A stretch of 62,053 nucleotides of DNA, the filler included, from Stramenopiles sp. TOSAG23-6 (lineage: Eukaryota), in the NCBI GenBank assembly GCA_900128565.1. It is 20 parts of 20 records of this genome, joined end to end, with 100 filler letters (N's around TTAATTAATTAA, not from the genome) between each part and the next. Parts side by side here need not be neighbours in the genome. Positions count along the whole stretch, not along the records: positions 34,310 to 37,314 come from LT637706.1; positions 37,415 to 40,416 come from LT637707.1; positions 40,517 to 43,515 come from LT637708.1; positions 43,616 to 46,613 come from LT637709.1; positions 46,714 to 49,704 come from LT637710.1; 15 more parts are not named here. One strand, written 5' to 3'. This document shows, piece by piece, positions 34,617 to 46,795 of the stretch. Both the position numbers and the translations under genes were made by a program. The notes under the pieces are model-generated. The model was given only the letters and a program-made list of their open reading frames with translations, did no database searches and was not told the DNA's origin. The stretch's first letter is position 1; each line of letters starts with the position of its first letter.

Positions 34617-37314
34617 TCAAATCATTCTTATTAAGAAAGTTCTAACATCCATTGGTCGTAGTGTAACCGTGGGATAGGAAAACGGAATTTGTTTTTCGTA
34701 TGAATGCTTTTTTACATTTTCAAAATATTCTTCAGTTTCAGCGTTTGCATATTTTGTTTTCCATTTATGTTTCGAATGTTGATACTGCTGCCAATCACGA
34801 TTACCAGTCAAAGTAGTTTCATGGGCTTCGATAACTTTCATACCTGATTGTGCAAATATATTTTCAAGATTAACTTTGACGGGAAGTGAAAGAATTGGGT
34901 GTTCATTTGCTTCATAAAGATGAGATAAACGCAATAAATATTGTCCGTCATTGTACGATGCATAATTCGATGTCAACGTAACAAGTTTGACATTATCAGG
35001 CAAAGCAGCAGACACAGCACTAAATAATGATCCATATTTAGACAATCCTTCATTTGTAAAAGTCAAAAGAGGAGGAAAATTTAATGATTCAGAGAGTTTT
35101 CGTCTAATTGAATGTACTGATTTGATTGTATCAAATATTAACCAATGTCGCCCTCGCATAGTTAAACCTTCAGACATACAACCACCATCACCTTCATGGC
35201 CAAATTCGCCCATTTGGCCAGGAGCTGCATGAATGTCGTTACTACATTTAAAAAAATATTAAAAGTGTGAAAAGATGAGATATTATGTAAATACAAAAAG
35301 AAATAGGTATACAAGTGAATAAATATATGTTAACATACCATCCGGACATTGTTTCGTTCAATGCCTCTTGAACGCCACGAGCATCATCAGCTTGTAATCT
35401 TCTATGAACCATAAATTCAAGTTCTCCATCATGTAGTGATGACCCTCCTTGACTAACATCAGTAAGAATAGCTAGTTCATGATGTATATCATTAATGGAC
35501 ATGAGTGCATTTACAGGGTAATAATTACCTGCGACTGGCTCAGAGATTAAATATGGATGAGGATAGGTAGGCCCACGTTTGTTTCTCCTTCGCTTTACCA
35601 TTTCTTTACCATTTGAGTCAGTGTACCATTCTCCTTTACTCTTGAGTCCACTCTTGTAACGAATAACAACCTCCTTGCCCCAATTATTTGGCATTGGCTT
35701 TCCATTATTGAACGCGACAGGTGGAAACCATGGTGTATCAACTGGTATTGGTCCTGCGGTCCACTCTAGCTCGACGTATGGCTTCTCATTGTACAAACGA
35801 ATTACATGAGATGCCCATCGAGAGAATGATTGAATAACTTCCGTGACGACTTCACCATAATTTACTGATAATGATGGAGCTACTTTTGGTCCAGGATAAA
35901 AAAAATTCAGTCGAATTAGGGCGGAAGATATATGCCCCAGATGCTTGTGAAGAGCATGCAGGTTCTCTAATGCCTACTGGAATACTTGAGTCGTACTGAG
36001 TGCAACCACCTATTGAGCTGTTGTACCACCCCCATTGAATTGATAGATCTGTAGAAATACCTGAAATCTTGTTGGTTATCTTAGTGACATGTCCATTTTT
36101 AAACTCCAGAGAATACATCTCATTTTCAACTGTTCTATCCAATGTACTTGATGTTTGATTGTGACGTAATAACTGATTATGCACAACGACTAATGGTGGT
36201 TCATTGTGCTGAACTGTTTCTGTTTTCTTTGCATGAAAAGCGGCAAGTCCTACGGGTGGAATTTCCATATCAAAGACTAGCACATGATCTGCCTTATTTT
36301 CGAGTTTCATCTTTTCCATTTTTATTTCAGTCGAATTCATTCCAAATGAATTTAAGTATAAAAGGGGAAGAGACTTGGTTCGTTCATCAATAGCTATCAC
36401 TTGACTAGGTAATAGTTTTCCATTTTCAGTTGTCACTTCCCAAAACTTACCATTAACTGGAATTCTAGCAATGCTTTTAGCTTTATGTGCCCGAGGATTC
36501 CATGCTGCAACACCAAACGTATCTATTCCAGTTGTAGCAGCACACATTGTCATATTTAAGCAATTTCCAGCAGTATGGCAATTACAGTGTTGTATACTGG
36601 TAGCATTAACTTTAAGAATTTTACTGATTGCCAATGAAATTCCAGCTTGTACTTCCACACTTGACTCAGATATCCTTTGTTCATAGTCATCAGCAACAGA
36701 TTGACGTTCAGTTCCAGACATACCATCATGATGTGTTGCTACTCCAACAGTACCTTCAAGTGAATCGGTCCATGAGTCACCCACCGTTGGAGATTTTTTC
36801 GCTGTAGGACAATGTACCTCTTTTGCAGTAGTTGTTGTTGCAATTTCAAGTTGCCTTGCTGACATGAGCAAGTTCGTTGCAAACCGAACTTGTCGTTTTA
36901 AAGCAGGTCGACTAGTAAAGTAACCTGACCAATAATTGTGGCTACTGTCCAATAGCGGGAAAATATCATCAGGGCGTACATTCCATGAAACATTTGAAAG
37001 TTTCTTTTGATCAGTGTATATGTATTTTGGAAAAATATTTCAAAAAAAAAAAACTTAAATTTGTTAGGTACCATCAAGGCATTCTGGACAAATTTATCTA
37101 CCCACTGGTCAACATTATAATCATGGCGGTAAGGGTCATCAACAACTTCGCTATTTGTCCCATCAAAGTTAAACCAAGTTGCATAACCTCCACTACCAGT
37201 ACCAAAAAGGTTCCCAGCAAATATATCAGCTGATGAGCCTAGCGATTTTGAGCCTTCCCAAATCCACTCAAATCCGTTAGTATTTCCTTCTTTTTTGAAA
37301 CGCATATCTCGATC
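34617..37314 (-). CDS. Lysosomal-type alpha-mannosidase (GH38), 5' truncated, with one apparent frameshift and an internal gap
   Basis: YWSGYFTSRPALKRQVR, THHDGMSGTERQ, SGAYIFRP, WYTDSNGKEM, EPVAGNYYPVN, GELEFMVHRR, LLRLSHLYE. Canonical intron 35242-35338. Extra base in the homopolymer at 35898-35905. Confidence 0.9.
35242..35338 (-). other. Canonical GT-AG intron lacking the family motifs
   Basis: TG|GTATGTTAAC...AAATGTAG|T joins ETMSGC-NDIHAAPG. Confidence 0.85.
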
Positions 37315-37473
37315 NNNNNNNNNNNNNNNNNNNNNNNNNNNNNNNNNNNNNNNNNNNNTTAATTAATTAANNNNNNNNNNNNNNNNNNNNNNNNNNNNNN
37401 NNNNNNNNNNNNNNTTAGGTACAAAATTTTTATAAAAAAATAAATTCGAAATTGAAAAAAAAATAAAACGTAC

Positions 37474-38381
37474 ATGAGCGGACATTTGTCAAGTCATTCA
37501 TTAGCATACGAAAATGCATGTATTATAAAAAAATATAGACATTCGAAATTTGTGAAAAAACGTTAGGTACAATTTTTTCTATGAAAAACAGATACATTCG
37601 AAATGGGTAAGAAAAAAAAAAAAAGTATAATGAAAATGTACATGACATCTTTGCCTAATGGGTTATCCTGAGAAGCTCCACAAACGTTAAGTAATGCTCC
37701 TGATAGTTCGTAAGCTGTCGCAACAAGAGCATCAACGCGTTTTTGAAAAGCAGTAGCACCATTTTGGATGTTGAGAAGAGCTTTTTCTACTGATAGAAGC
37801 TCTTCATACATTTCACTCCATTCAGGATCATCTAGTCGTAGTTTAGTTACGTTGTTTATTTCGACAAAATTAGTCAAGTTCGTTGCTGTCCTTGAGGCGG
37901 CAAGACGAACGACTCCAGTTGTTTTTTTTAACTCATTTGCAACATCAATCTTTGACACTCTATCTGCGCCAGCCCGAACTGAATCGCCTAAAGTAGTAGC
38001 AGCAGTTGCCATAGAGTTACTGATTCCTTCCGTATCAATTTTACTAACCTCTTGTTTCAGAGCAATGGCACCAGATTTTATTGTTTTTGCTGCACTGAGA
38101 GACCATGCAGTCGCTTTTTCTGAAAAACTATCGAACGCTCGTCCCCATGTTGTTGTTTTCATATTTCTTGAATCGGGAATAATACGAAAAGATGGAATAT
38201 CTCCGTCAAGGGCACTGGGGCTATCTGCGCTGATAAATTCGTAAGCTTCCGATGCATTACTTCCAACTGGCTCCAAGTTTGATGGTTCCGATAAAGTGCT
38301 TGGAGTTGACGCTGGAATTGGTGGTGGACGTTCCCTTGGAGTATATTTCTTATCCAAAGGGTCAGATTCTGACATAGTCAA
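37474..38381 (-). CDS. Hypothetical protein, possibly BAR-like helical domain (5' exons 37642-38381, 37474-37517)
   Basis: Long ORF. GT-AT intron 37518-37641 (KDVM-HFRML); next donor at 37473. Confidence 0.6.
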
Positions 38382-38642
38382 TAAGAACCAATGTAATTTG
38401 AATTTTCAATCAATATAATATTATGAACAAAATAGATAGCCCAATGTCTTCGAATCTAAATCTCGATATCTTTTTGTCAAAAATTCGCAGCGCTCTAGCT
38501 AGGGTTAGGGTTTCGTGGTCTACCTTCTTTCTTTGTGTTACGAACCGAACACCTCCTCATTATATCCTCGTTCGTTCGCACTAGTAGTACCCTCCTCCTC
38601 AACAAAAAGTTAAGTTTTTGCTTGCCCTTTCAGTATTTTAGA

Positions 38643-39671
38643 ATGTCTCGATTTGGTCGTAGTAAACGGAAACCTGCAGGATATGCATATATAGAGCCAA
38701 TATTAGATGCATTGGATGAGGAGATGCGCCGAGCGGTTGAAAGACCATCTGATAAACTTCGGAAAAATGAAGCCCTCTGGCCAATACATCAGATTACCTG
38801 GCAAAGGAGCCGCTATGTCTACGACATGTATTACAAGTACAAAAAGATTTCCCGTGAACTTTATGATTGGTGTATCCGGGAAAAGCTCATAGATGGTTCT
38901 TTGTGTGCTAAATGGAAGAAGCCAGGCTACGACAAACTTTGCTCTGTTCATGTTATCAATACTCGCAACACTAACTACGGCACAACTAGTGTGTGCCGCG
39001 TGCCTAAAAAAGATCTTGACGAGGGTACTGTGGTATTTGATCATATGACTGGTTGTCGTGGTTGTGCAAGCGGGAGAGAAGGCTGCAGTAATATCTTTGG
39101 TAACAAGTATGGGCAGTTTCTCGCGAGCATTCAGATAGCACGGGAAGAAAGAGCAAAGGCCCAGGGACAGGAATACAGTAATAAAAAAGAGACGGCGTAT
39201 GGTAACGATGACGAAGCTACCGTTGCTGAAGAGAATCAAGATGGTGAGGCAAAAGAGATGTCACGACAAAAGAAAGAGAATGAACCATGGCTCGGTGGAC
39301 AAAAACCAAGAGATGTAAATTCTATAGCGCCGACGAAAGATAAATTGGAACAATCCAAGTCTTCTGTTACTTCCTCAAATCGAGGACAAAAAAGGAATAA
39401 TGATGAAGTTGATTCTGATGCTTCAGACAATGAAGGTTTTGATTCAGATGCGACAGATGCTGGTGGCGATGGCGGCGGCGGTGGTGACTCTGATACTGAA
39501 GGAGAAGATGAAATTAGTGAAAAAAAACGCTCTCTACAAAACTTCATACCTAGTAAGAGCTTTACCGGCAGTAAAAAAGGTTATTATTTTTCAAAAGGTG
39601 CTGATGGTTTAGGGTATTATATTGACAATAATGCAACTGTATACAAAGGGGTAAAGCGAGCTCGGCATTGA
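38643..39671 (+). CDS. BUD31: BUD31/G10 spliceosomal protein with long acidic C-terminal extension
   Basis: KRKPAGYAYIEPIL, EALWPIHQITWQRSRYVYDMYY, AKWKKPGYDKLC, CRVP, GCRGCAS. Confidence 0.9.
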   Translation: MSRFGRSKRKPAGYAYIEPILDALDEEMRRAVERPSDKLRKNEALWPIHQITWQRSRYVYDMYYKYKKISRELYDWCIREKLIDGSLCAKWKKPGYDKLCSVHVINTRNTNYGTTSVCRVPKKDLDEGTVVFDHMTGCRGCASGREGCSNIFGNKYGQFLASIQIAREERAKAQGQEYSNKKETAYGNDDEATVAEENQDGEAKEMSRQKKENEPWLGGQKPRDVNSIAPTKDKLEQSKSSVTSSNRGQKRNNDEVDSDASDNEGFDSDATDAGGDGGGGGDSDTEGEDEISEKKRSLQNFIPSKSFTGSKKGYYFSKGADGLGYYIDNNATVYKGVKRARH

Positions 39672-39764
39672 TATACTATACTTTGTTTTTATTAATATAA
39701 GTTGCTATTTGTAATGTACAATTGTTTTTTTTATCTCTAATTTTTTAAAACTATTATAAATCTA

Positions 39765-40363
39765 CTATTTTAAACGTCTCGTGGCAGCAACTTTACTTCG
39801 ATGCTTGGCTGCCGCAACTTTTCGACCAGTTTTGTTCTTATGAGACATTGCACCAGCGGCGCGTCTCTGTGATAGCATCTCACCTCTTAAAGTGACAACA
39901 CAAGTTTGAGATCCATCAGCACTACTAGTGATATCCTTCTTTAATTCAGTATTTATTTCATTGCTTGTAGGGACTAAAATTGTCCAGTTGCAAGATTCTT
40001 TTGGTATTTGTAGTAAAATTGCATCCAACGAAGAATTACTACGACTTTTAATACCTAAAGAAATTCTAGATTTTTTCATTGCTACGATGAAATAATATTT
40101 TGTTTCCTGTATAACAATTACATGTATTGTGAAAAAAAAAAATTACAAAAAAAAATCGTTAGGTACGAAATTTCGTATGAAAAAAAAGTTAAATTAGAAA
40201 TTCATATAAAACGTACATCATTACCAAGTAATAACATCAATGGAATCGTACCAACAAACATACCATTCTTATTCATGCCTTCAAGATATCGAAATGGCTG
40301 GGCACAAGAAATTGGATATCGTGCGTATTGATTATTTACTCGAATGATACGAAGTGTACAACC
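39765..40363 (-). CDS. Hypothetical protein, 3' exons (40217-40363, 39765-40121)
   Basis: GT-AT intron 40122-40216 joins LLGND-VIVIQE in frame to the stop at 39765; upstream family acceptor at 40364. Confidence 0.6.
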
Positions 40364-40516
40364 ATGTATTTTGGAAAAATATTTCAAAAAAAAAAAAACT
40401 AAAATTTGTTAGGTACNNNNNNNNNNNNNNNNNNNNNNNNNNNNNNNNNNNNNNNNNNNNTTAATTAATTAANNNNNNNNNNNNNNNNNNNNNNNNNNNN
40501 NNNNNNNNNNNNNNNN

Positions 40517-43515
40517 AATAGGCTTTACTTNAGAGTATATATATCGTGNAAGTGCNCGTATTGTACTATGCTCATATACAAGTGTTGCAGACATTTTCAT
40601 TCCTGTTAAAGATCTTAGCTTATTACGCAACTCAACTGAACCCAGAGAACCAAGACCCATGCTATCTAATGGAGAGTCGGGATCAATAGAAGTTGTAGAT
40701 TCAGTTATATCATCAAAAATAGATACTATATTCTTGACCAATTCAATTTCAGCATCATTTTCACTCATATTCAATAAGGAAGATATAAATTTATTGTTTT
40801 GTGCCTTACCTTTATTGTTATCTTTTTTCGTACTTGATGATTCGATTTCTGTAACAAGATCTAAGTGCAAACGTAAATGTGTATTTGTTTTCTCGTAAAG
40901 GTTACTATGTAGCTCATGAAATTGAAAGTTTGACGCCGCAACTACACTTGGCGATAATTTCCCGGCTGACATAATATTCCAGAGTAGCTTTAGCCCTTCA
41001 TCATTNGTCAATCCTCTAAAACCTGTTCCATCAAAGTCGATATTCGATGCCATTCCAATATCTGCCCAAGGTCCCCACTGTATNCTTGTAGCACACATGC
41101 CNCCAAGTCGTAAACGTGATGCAATATTATCCAGTTGAGCATTTGCTGCAGCGTAATTACTTTGTCCAATATTACCAAATAAAGCTGATGTTGAAGAAAA
41201 GAGAATAAAGAAACACGGCTTTAAATCAAGATCTGTGAAAACTTTTTCAAGGTTTTCAGCACCTTCTATCTTTGGCTTCCATACTTTGTAAAATCTATCA
41301 GATGTTTGATTCTCTATTTTACCATCATCAAGCACTCCAGCACAATGTAATACACCAGCAATATTCCCATACTGTTTAGTGATTCGTGCAAATGTGTGTT
41401 GCAATTTGCTATAATTACATATGTCACACACCACAATTTCAACTTTATCCCCATATGTATCACGAATTTCATTCCAAATATTTGTTATCTGAGGTTTTCC
41501 ACTTCTTGAGAGTAAAATTATATGAGATGCACCATGCATAAGTAACATTTTTGTAGTTGCTAAACCCAATGCACCAGTGCCACCAGTTATAATAACTGTA
41601 TCCTCAGTCAGTGATTTTTGAAATATTATTTCAAATGGTGTACTAAACTTTAAATTTGCTTCTGCAATTTCATCTTCGCCGATTGATTTTAAAGTAGCAC
41701 ATAAGCGTTTTCCATTTTGAAGAACACAGCTGATAGAGGAATTGTGTATTGCACGCGCAACAAGTTTCCCAGTCAATGTATGATCACTGTTGCTACTGAT
41801 ATCGAGACACGCAATATGAGCCCATGGCATTTCCATATCAGCGCATTTCAACAATCCCCATAGACTAGATCCTCGCACATCATGAGAAGTTTTTTGCTCA
41901 AGTGATGATACTTCATTGACATCTTGAGTAAGTACAAATAGATCCGGTACCTTATTTCCAGAGGAATGTAAATTTTGAATACATTGTAGAATATCTAGAA
42001 GATATATAGTATCTTCAAATGATTGTGGATTTTGTGTAAGTGTTTTGCTATATATTACGGTATCGTATCCACGTAATAATTGCAAAGTATCTGTATTCGT
42101 TTTGTCATTGTCCATCATATCCGGGAAATCTTCGGTGTATTTTACAGTACCTTTATGAGAAGTTATGACATTAACTTCATTTTCAAATGATTCGAATAGA
42201 CAGTGATATCCAGATGATTGGATATCATCGCAAGNGTCGTTTTTTCTTGAACCGATAACGAGAACTTTTGTGATATTNTTTTCAGANTNAGAAACCGTTG
42301 ANGGNATTNCNTCTTCTACCCANTCAACTTTCAANAGATTTNTNTNCATNTCATAAGTANTATCATCNTCANTGTTTNCANTNGNCAAACCTTTCAAAAG
42401 NTGCNTACTTACTGGTGCAGTTGAAAATGTTTCTAAATTCACAATAGCCTTNCCNGATGAATCCCGTAATACCATCGAAGATATGCCGTTTGTAGATGGT
42501 ACCATTTGACAAATCCATTGATCCGTATNATTATTNGNTANTTTACCCAANANAGTCATTTTCTTGATATATCGAGGTACGTAGACTTCTATATTGTCGT
42601 GATCTTTGACTATATCTGATAAACTACGAATAATACTTGCNTGTANACANGCATCNAGTAATCCAGGATGTATNACATCATCNATTATGTCNCTTTGNAT
42701 NGAATNTTTNTTTGACGACTGACCAAGTAATATTATTTGCTCATTTGATTCTGATTTTGTCATAATTTCTTCCATCCATTGAAATGAAGGACCATATTGG
42801 AANCCTGCGATTTCAATANTTTTATACATATCAAGTTTATCACTAGATGATCTGACAAACCCTTCCTCTATGCAATTATCAATGCTTCTTTTAGGTATAT
42901 TGGTATCATTCTTTTCTATTGAAATAATATATTGACATGAAAAATGATCCGTCCATTCTATATTTTTCATGTCATCATTACTAACAATATGAATATATCC
43001 AAATTGTACAGTTGAATCCNCTTCGGNAAATGAAGGTGTTACAATGATATTAATTTCNGTAGATCNACCAGATATATTAGTTTCTGGNATAACAAGAGCT
43101 TCTTTAAATTCAATGTCTTCAAGTTCACATACTGAATTGTTACCATAGAGATTCTGCAATATTCCAAAGGCCGTGGATATATAATACATTCCAGGACAAA
43201 CAGATATATCAAAAATACAGTGATCCGAAAATAACTTTCTCAAATATTCGTCTACAGTTATTTTAAATATAACTTTTCCTGTGCTTAGTGGAATATTCAA
43301 ANGAGTTCCAATTAATGGATGCTCATTTCNATGGACTACATTGGTANTNANTTCNTTCTTTTCATACCAATACNTTTGNCCGCTCAATACAGTAGTAGGT
43401 AAACGAACNCGCTTGGCTCCTTCGATTAGTTGATCCCATTNCAAAGNTACACCACTCACATGAAGCATTGCNGCTGTTTTACANATATTCTTCCAATCNT
43501 TTCCATCTNTCTTCA
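40517..43515 (-). CDS. Modular type I polyketide synthase fragment (end of AT linker-DH-KR-ACP)
   Basis: LPT..QxYW linker; DH HPLIG...DHCIFDISVCPG and IHPGLxD; KR IITGGTGALG, HCAGVLDDG, GNIGQSNYAAAN, WGPW; ACP MGLGSLGSVELRNKL. Confidence 0.9.
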
Positions 43516-43615
43516 NNNNNNNNNNNNNNNNNNNNNNNNNNNNNNNNNNNNNNNNNNNNTTAATTAATTAANNNNNNNNNNNNNNNNNNNNNNNNNNNNN
43601 NNNNNNNNNNNNNNN

Positions 43616-44471
43616 AAATATCTATGAATAGCTTCTAAGGCTGTGGTGAAATTGCGATGATGCAAACAATTTAAATATCGTAGAAAATATGTATTACGAA
43701 AAATATTTCAAAAAAAAAAAATACAATTTGTTAGGCACAAATTTTTCAAAAAAAAAAAAATGAAAAATAAAAATATGATGAAAACGTACATGCACTAGGT
43801 AAATTTGGTCTATCTGCGAGTAAATCTTGAATAGCTGCTTCGGTTTCGGCCTCTGGTCGCCAACCAATGGTACCTTTTATTTCTACCACACGTTGTTGAA
43901 GCTGCAGCTTAGATTGCATGAGAGAAAGTTTTCGATCACTATTATCAGTTTTACCAGTCTTCCCTTCTTCTAAATATGCTTGCACTTCAACAAAGAGCTT
44001 TGACATTAAACTAAATGAAAGTTGTGTTGCAGTTAAGCTTAATCTACGAAGGAAACGACCAAACACACTCTCGCGTTCAACATTCGATGGTTGTGTATTA
44101 CTTGACTCACTATTTTGAAGTTCATCGGACGACTTGAGCAACTCATTTGTACTCGTACTAGATATAAAATCATTCAAAGCATCAGGTGAATCTATCTCAC
44201 ATAATATTTCCAAAAGTACATTTCCTACAGTGCAAGAATTCTCGCCAGTTCTATGTATTGTAAAACAATCAGATTTGAGATCAAAAACAAGTTTACTAAG
44301 TAACAACTGTTCCGGATTCCGTATTTCTCTCATTATACACAAAGCTAAATGTTTGGCACAATCTGCGGATAAACTATAGGAGGTCATATCACAGCTAGGG
44401 GTGCTCTTGCGGAGGTAAATTCGCATTAAAGCATAAATTGATATTATGTGGGGAGATATAAATGATGACAT
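43616..44471 (-). CDS. ANAPC5: Anaphase-promoting complex subunit 5, 5' part (exons 43790-44471, 43616-43688)
   Basis: ISPHIISI, SVFGRFLRR..LSFSLMSKLF. Splicing 43689-43789 (GT-AT) gives PSAY-FLRYLNCLHHRNFTTALEAIHRY. Confidence 0.85.
43689..43789 (-). other. Non-canonical GT-AT intron in APC5
   Basis: GCA T|GTACGTTTT...GTGCCTAAC...TTCGTAATACAT|AT. Confidence 0.85.
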
Positions 44472-44620
44472 TGTGCTAGAATTCTAAGTCTACACTGAGA
44501 GGAGGAGTAGAAAGTAAGAATTCTCTCTTTGGTTTGTTCAAAATCTTTCAAACTTTTTGATTTTGTTTTTGACTTTTTTGGCACTTTTTTGACCGTGACC
44601 GAAAAAAAAAATTGAAGGAG

Positions 44621-44629
44621 TACCGGGTA
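44621..44629. promoter_or_regulatory. Recurrent upstream motif TACCGGGTA (also 30660, 50184, 59257)
   Basis: Exact near-palindromic 9-mer seen in four independent contigs, each time 5' of a gene start. Confidence 0.5.
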
Positions 44630-44844
44630 TCCAAACCAAACAAAATCGCCCGACACGTGTTGTGCTGTCGTGAACGATACGTAGCAGTAGTTCTCTCAAC
44701 TGCTTCTCTCATTCTATAGATCGTTAAAATTTTGACAAGTTGAACAGGCTTACTGAGAGGGAGACGTCGTGTTCTAGTGAGTTGTATACACGTGAGCAAG
44801 AGTAGTGTAGTCATAGTATAGTTTATTCTTTCTAACTTCAGATA

Positions 44845-46613
44845 ATGTTGGGGTTACGTGCTCTACGGATGAGATTTTCAGTTTTTAGTGGTAAAGTTCT
44901 TTCCGACAGCTGTTTACGCGGAGTTCGCAATTTTAGCGCAGTAAATGATTGTATCACTGAATATGACAATGAGACTCATGGTTATCCTTCCTCTAGAAAT
45001 AGTACAGAAAAGCGTACAGATGTAGATGGAAAAATGTACACGAAAGATGAGTTTTTTAGTTTTTATGGTGGACATTTTGAGTGGAATGACGCTTCGCCTT
45101 CTTTATCCAAAAAGAGCAATAAAACGAAACCGAAAGATGAATCATATATTCAGAAAAAGCTTATAGGTGATGCTAATGCAGAAAAAATTCGATCCGATAA
45201 AAAAGCTGATGGTAGTTTTACGAATTATCGTCCAGAAGTCTATGAAGCTGTCACTTTTGAAGGAGGTGATGCTGACTTGAGCCAGCGTATTGAAGACATG
45301 AGCTTCTTGAACGATATGATTAAAAAAGGTGAAATTGGAAATGCAAAGTCCTATGTCAAAGATTTGATTGAAACAAATACAGTAGATGCCCGTCATTTGA
45401 CACGAATAGCCGGTATTAGTACAAGTGTTGAAATCCGAAAAATCGTTGATGTCATTATGCCNTCTTTAGACATNCATCCAAGTNTTCACATATACAATAA
45501 GCTTGTTTACATGTTATACTTGGAAGGANACATAGATGAAGCTCGAAGAGTCCTCAATACTGAAATGGTAGAAAAAGGTTTTACAGTGGATTCTAAAAGT
45601 TTTACTCAACTTAACGAATTAGGGTCAGGGTTAAGAAAAAAACGGATGNTNCATTTAAGAAAATTATTAGGTATTTTAGAATATAATAATGAGCTTGATA
45701 AAAACTGGTCGTGTACTTCGTGTGGTAAACGGAATTTCTCGTATAGAAGTAAATGTTATCAATGCAATACACTCAAACCTGAAAATGAAAAATTGTGTTT
45801 GAATTCTGAAGCTTGGGTTTTTTTTAATACACTCACTCAAAACATTATAAAGTTAAGTGAGAAAACTTCTATACGGCCAGAAACCCTTATTGATACAAAG
45901 ATGTTTAGATTGATGATGTTTCAAGGTTGTCAAAGTTCTGAAGAGTTACAAACCTTATTAGGAGATGTCATGCCATTAGTTGGCTGTACACCTAAGCCGT
46001 ACATGCGACGGGCATTAATAGCGTCTTACTGTGAAAATAATAACCACGAATCAGCAACGTTACATTTTTCAAAGATGTTGAAATCTGGTGATGTCGATCC
46101 GACATTGTGTAATATAATGCTCGAGCATCTAGGTATAAAATATGTTCTTCGAGATTTTTTTCTACAGTGTAAATCTGGGATGCAGACAAATATAGTAATG
46201 AGTTTGAAAGAGTGGTTGCATTCTCTATCTCAAACAAATAGACGTTCATTAAATGTATCAATGTGTACAGTGAAAGATTGGCCTGATTCCAGAAGTTTTA
46301 TGTTATTGAGAAATTATCTCAGAGAAAAGAACATGTATAAAGAATCAGATGTAGTCATTGATGAAATGTATCTTTCAGGAATACAGTTCACACGCGATAG
46401 TATATTAGATAAAAAGTTTCGTAAACGTTATTTAAAGAATCAATCAGATGCTCATGAAGATGTAAATCAAAAACGTTATTTAAAGAATCAATCAGATGCT
46501 CATGAAGATGTAAAGAATCAATCAGATGCTCATGAAGATGTAAATCAAAAATCTTTAAAAATCGATTCAGCTACTTTCAAAACAAAACCAAATCAAATAG
46601 AAACATTTGAAAA
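44845..46613 (+). CDS. Probable mitochondrial PPR-like RNA-binding protein with RanBP2-type zinc finger (3' truncated)
   Basis: Arg-rich targeting-like N-terminus; helical repeats (HIYNKLVYML..EARRVL..M..KGF); WSCTSCGKRNFSYRSKCYQC. Confidence 0.65.
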
Positions 46614-46795
46614 NNNNNNNNNNNNNNNNNNNNNNNNNNNNNNNNNNNNNNNNNNNNTTAATTAATTAANNNNNNNNNNNNNNNNNNNNNNNNNNNNNNN
46701 NNNNNNNNNNNNNAAAAAAATTACATTTGAAATTCATTTTCGTACAAAAAAAAAAAAAAAATTAGGGTTAGGGTTAGGGTTCATATCAAACGTAC

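Noticed and set aside
35898-35905. Programmed frameshift or pseudogene in mannosidase
   Set aside because: A single extra base in a homopolymer run is most simply a sequencing or assembly error
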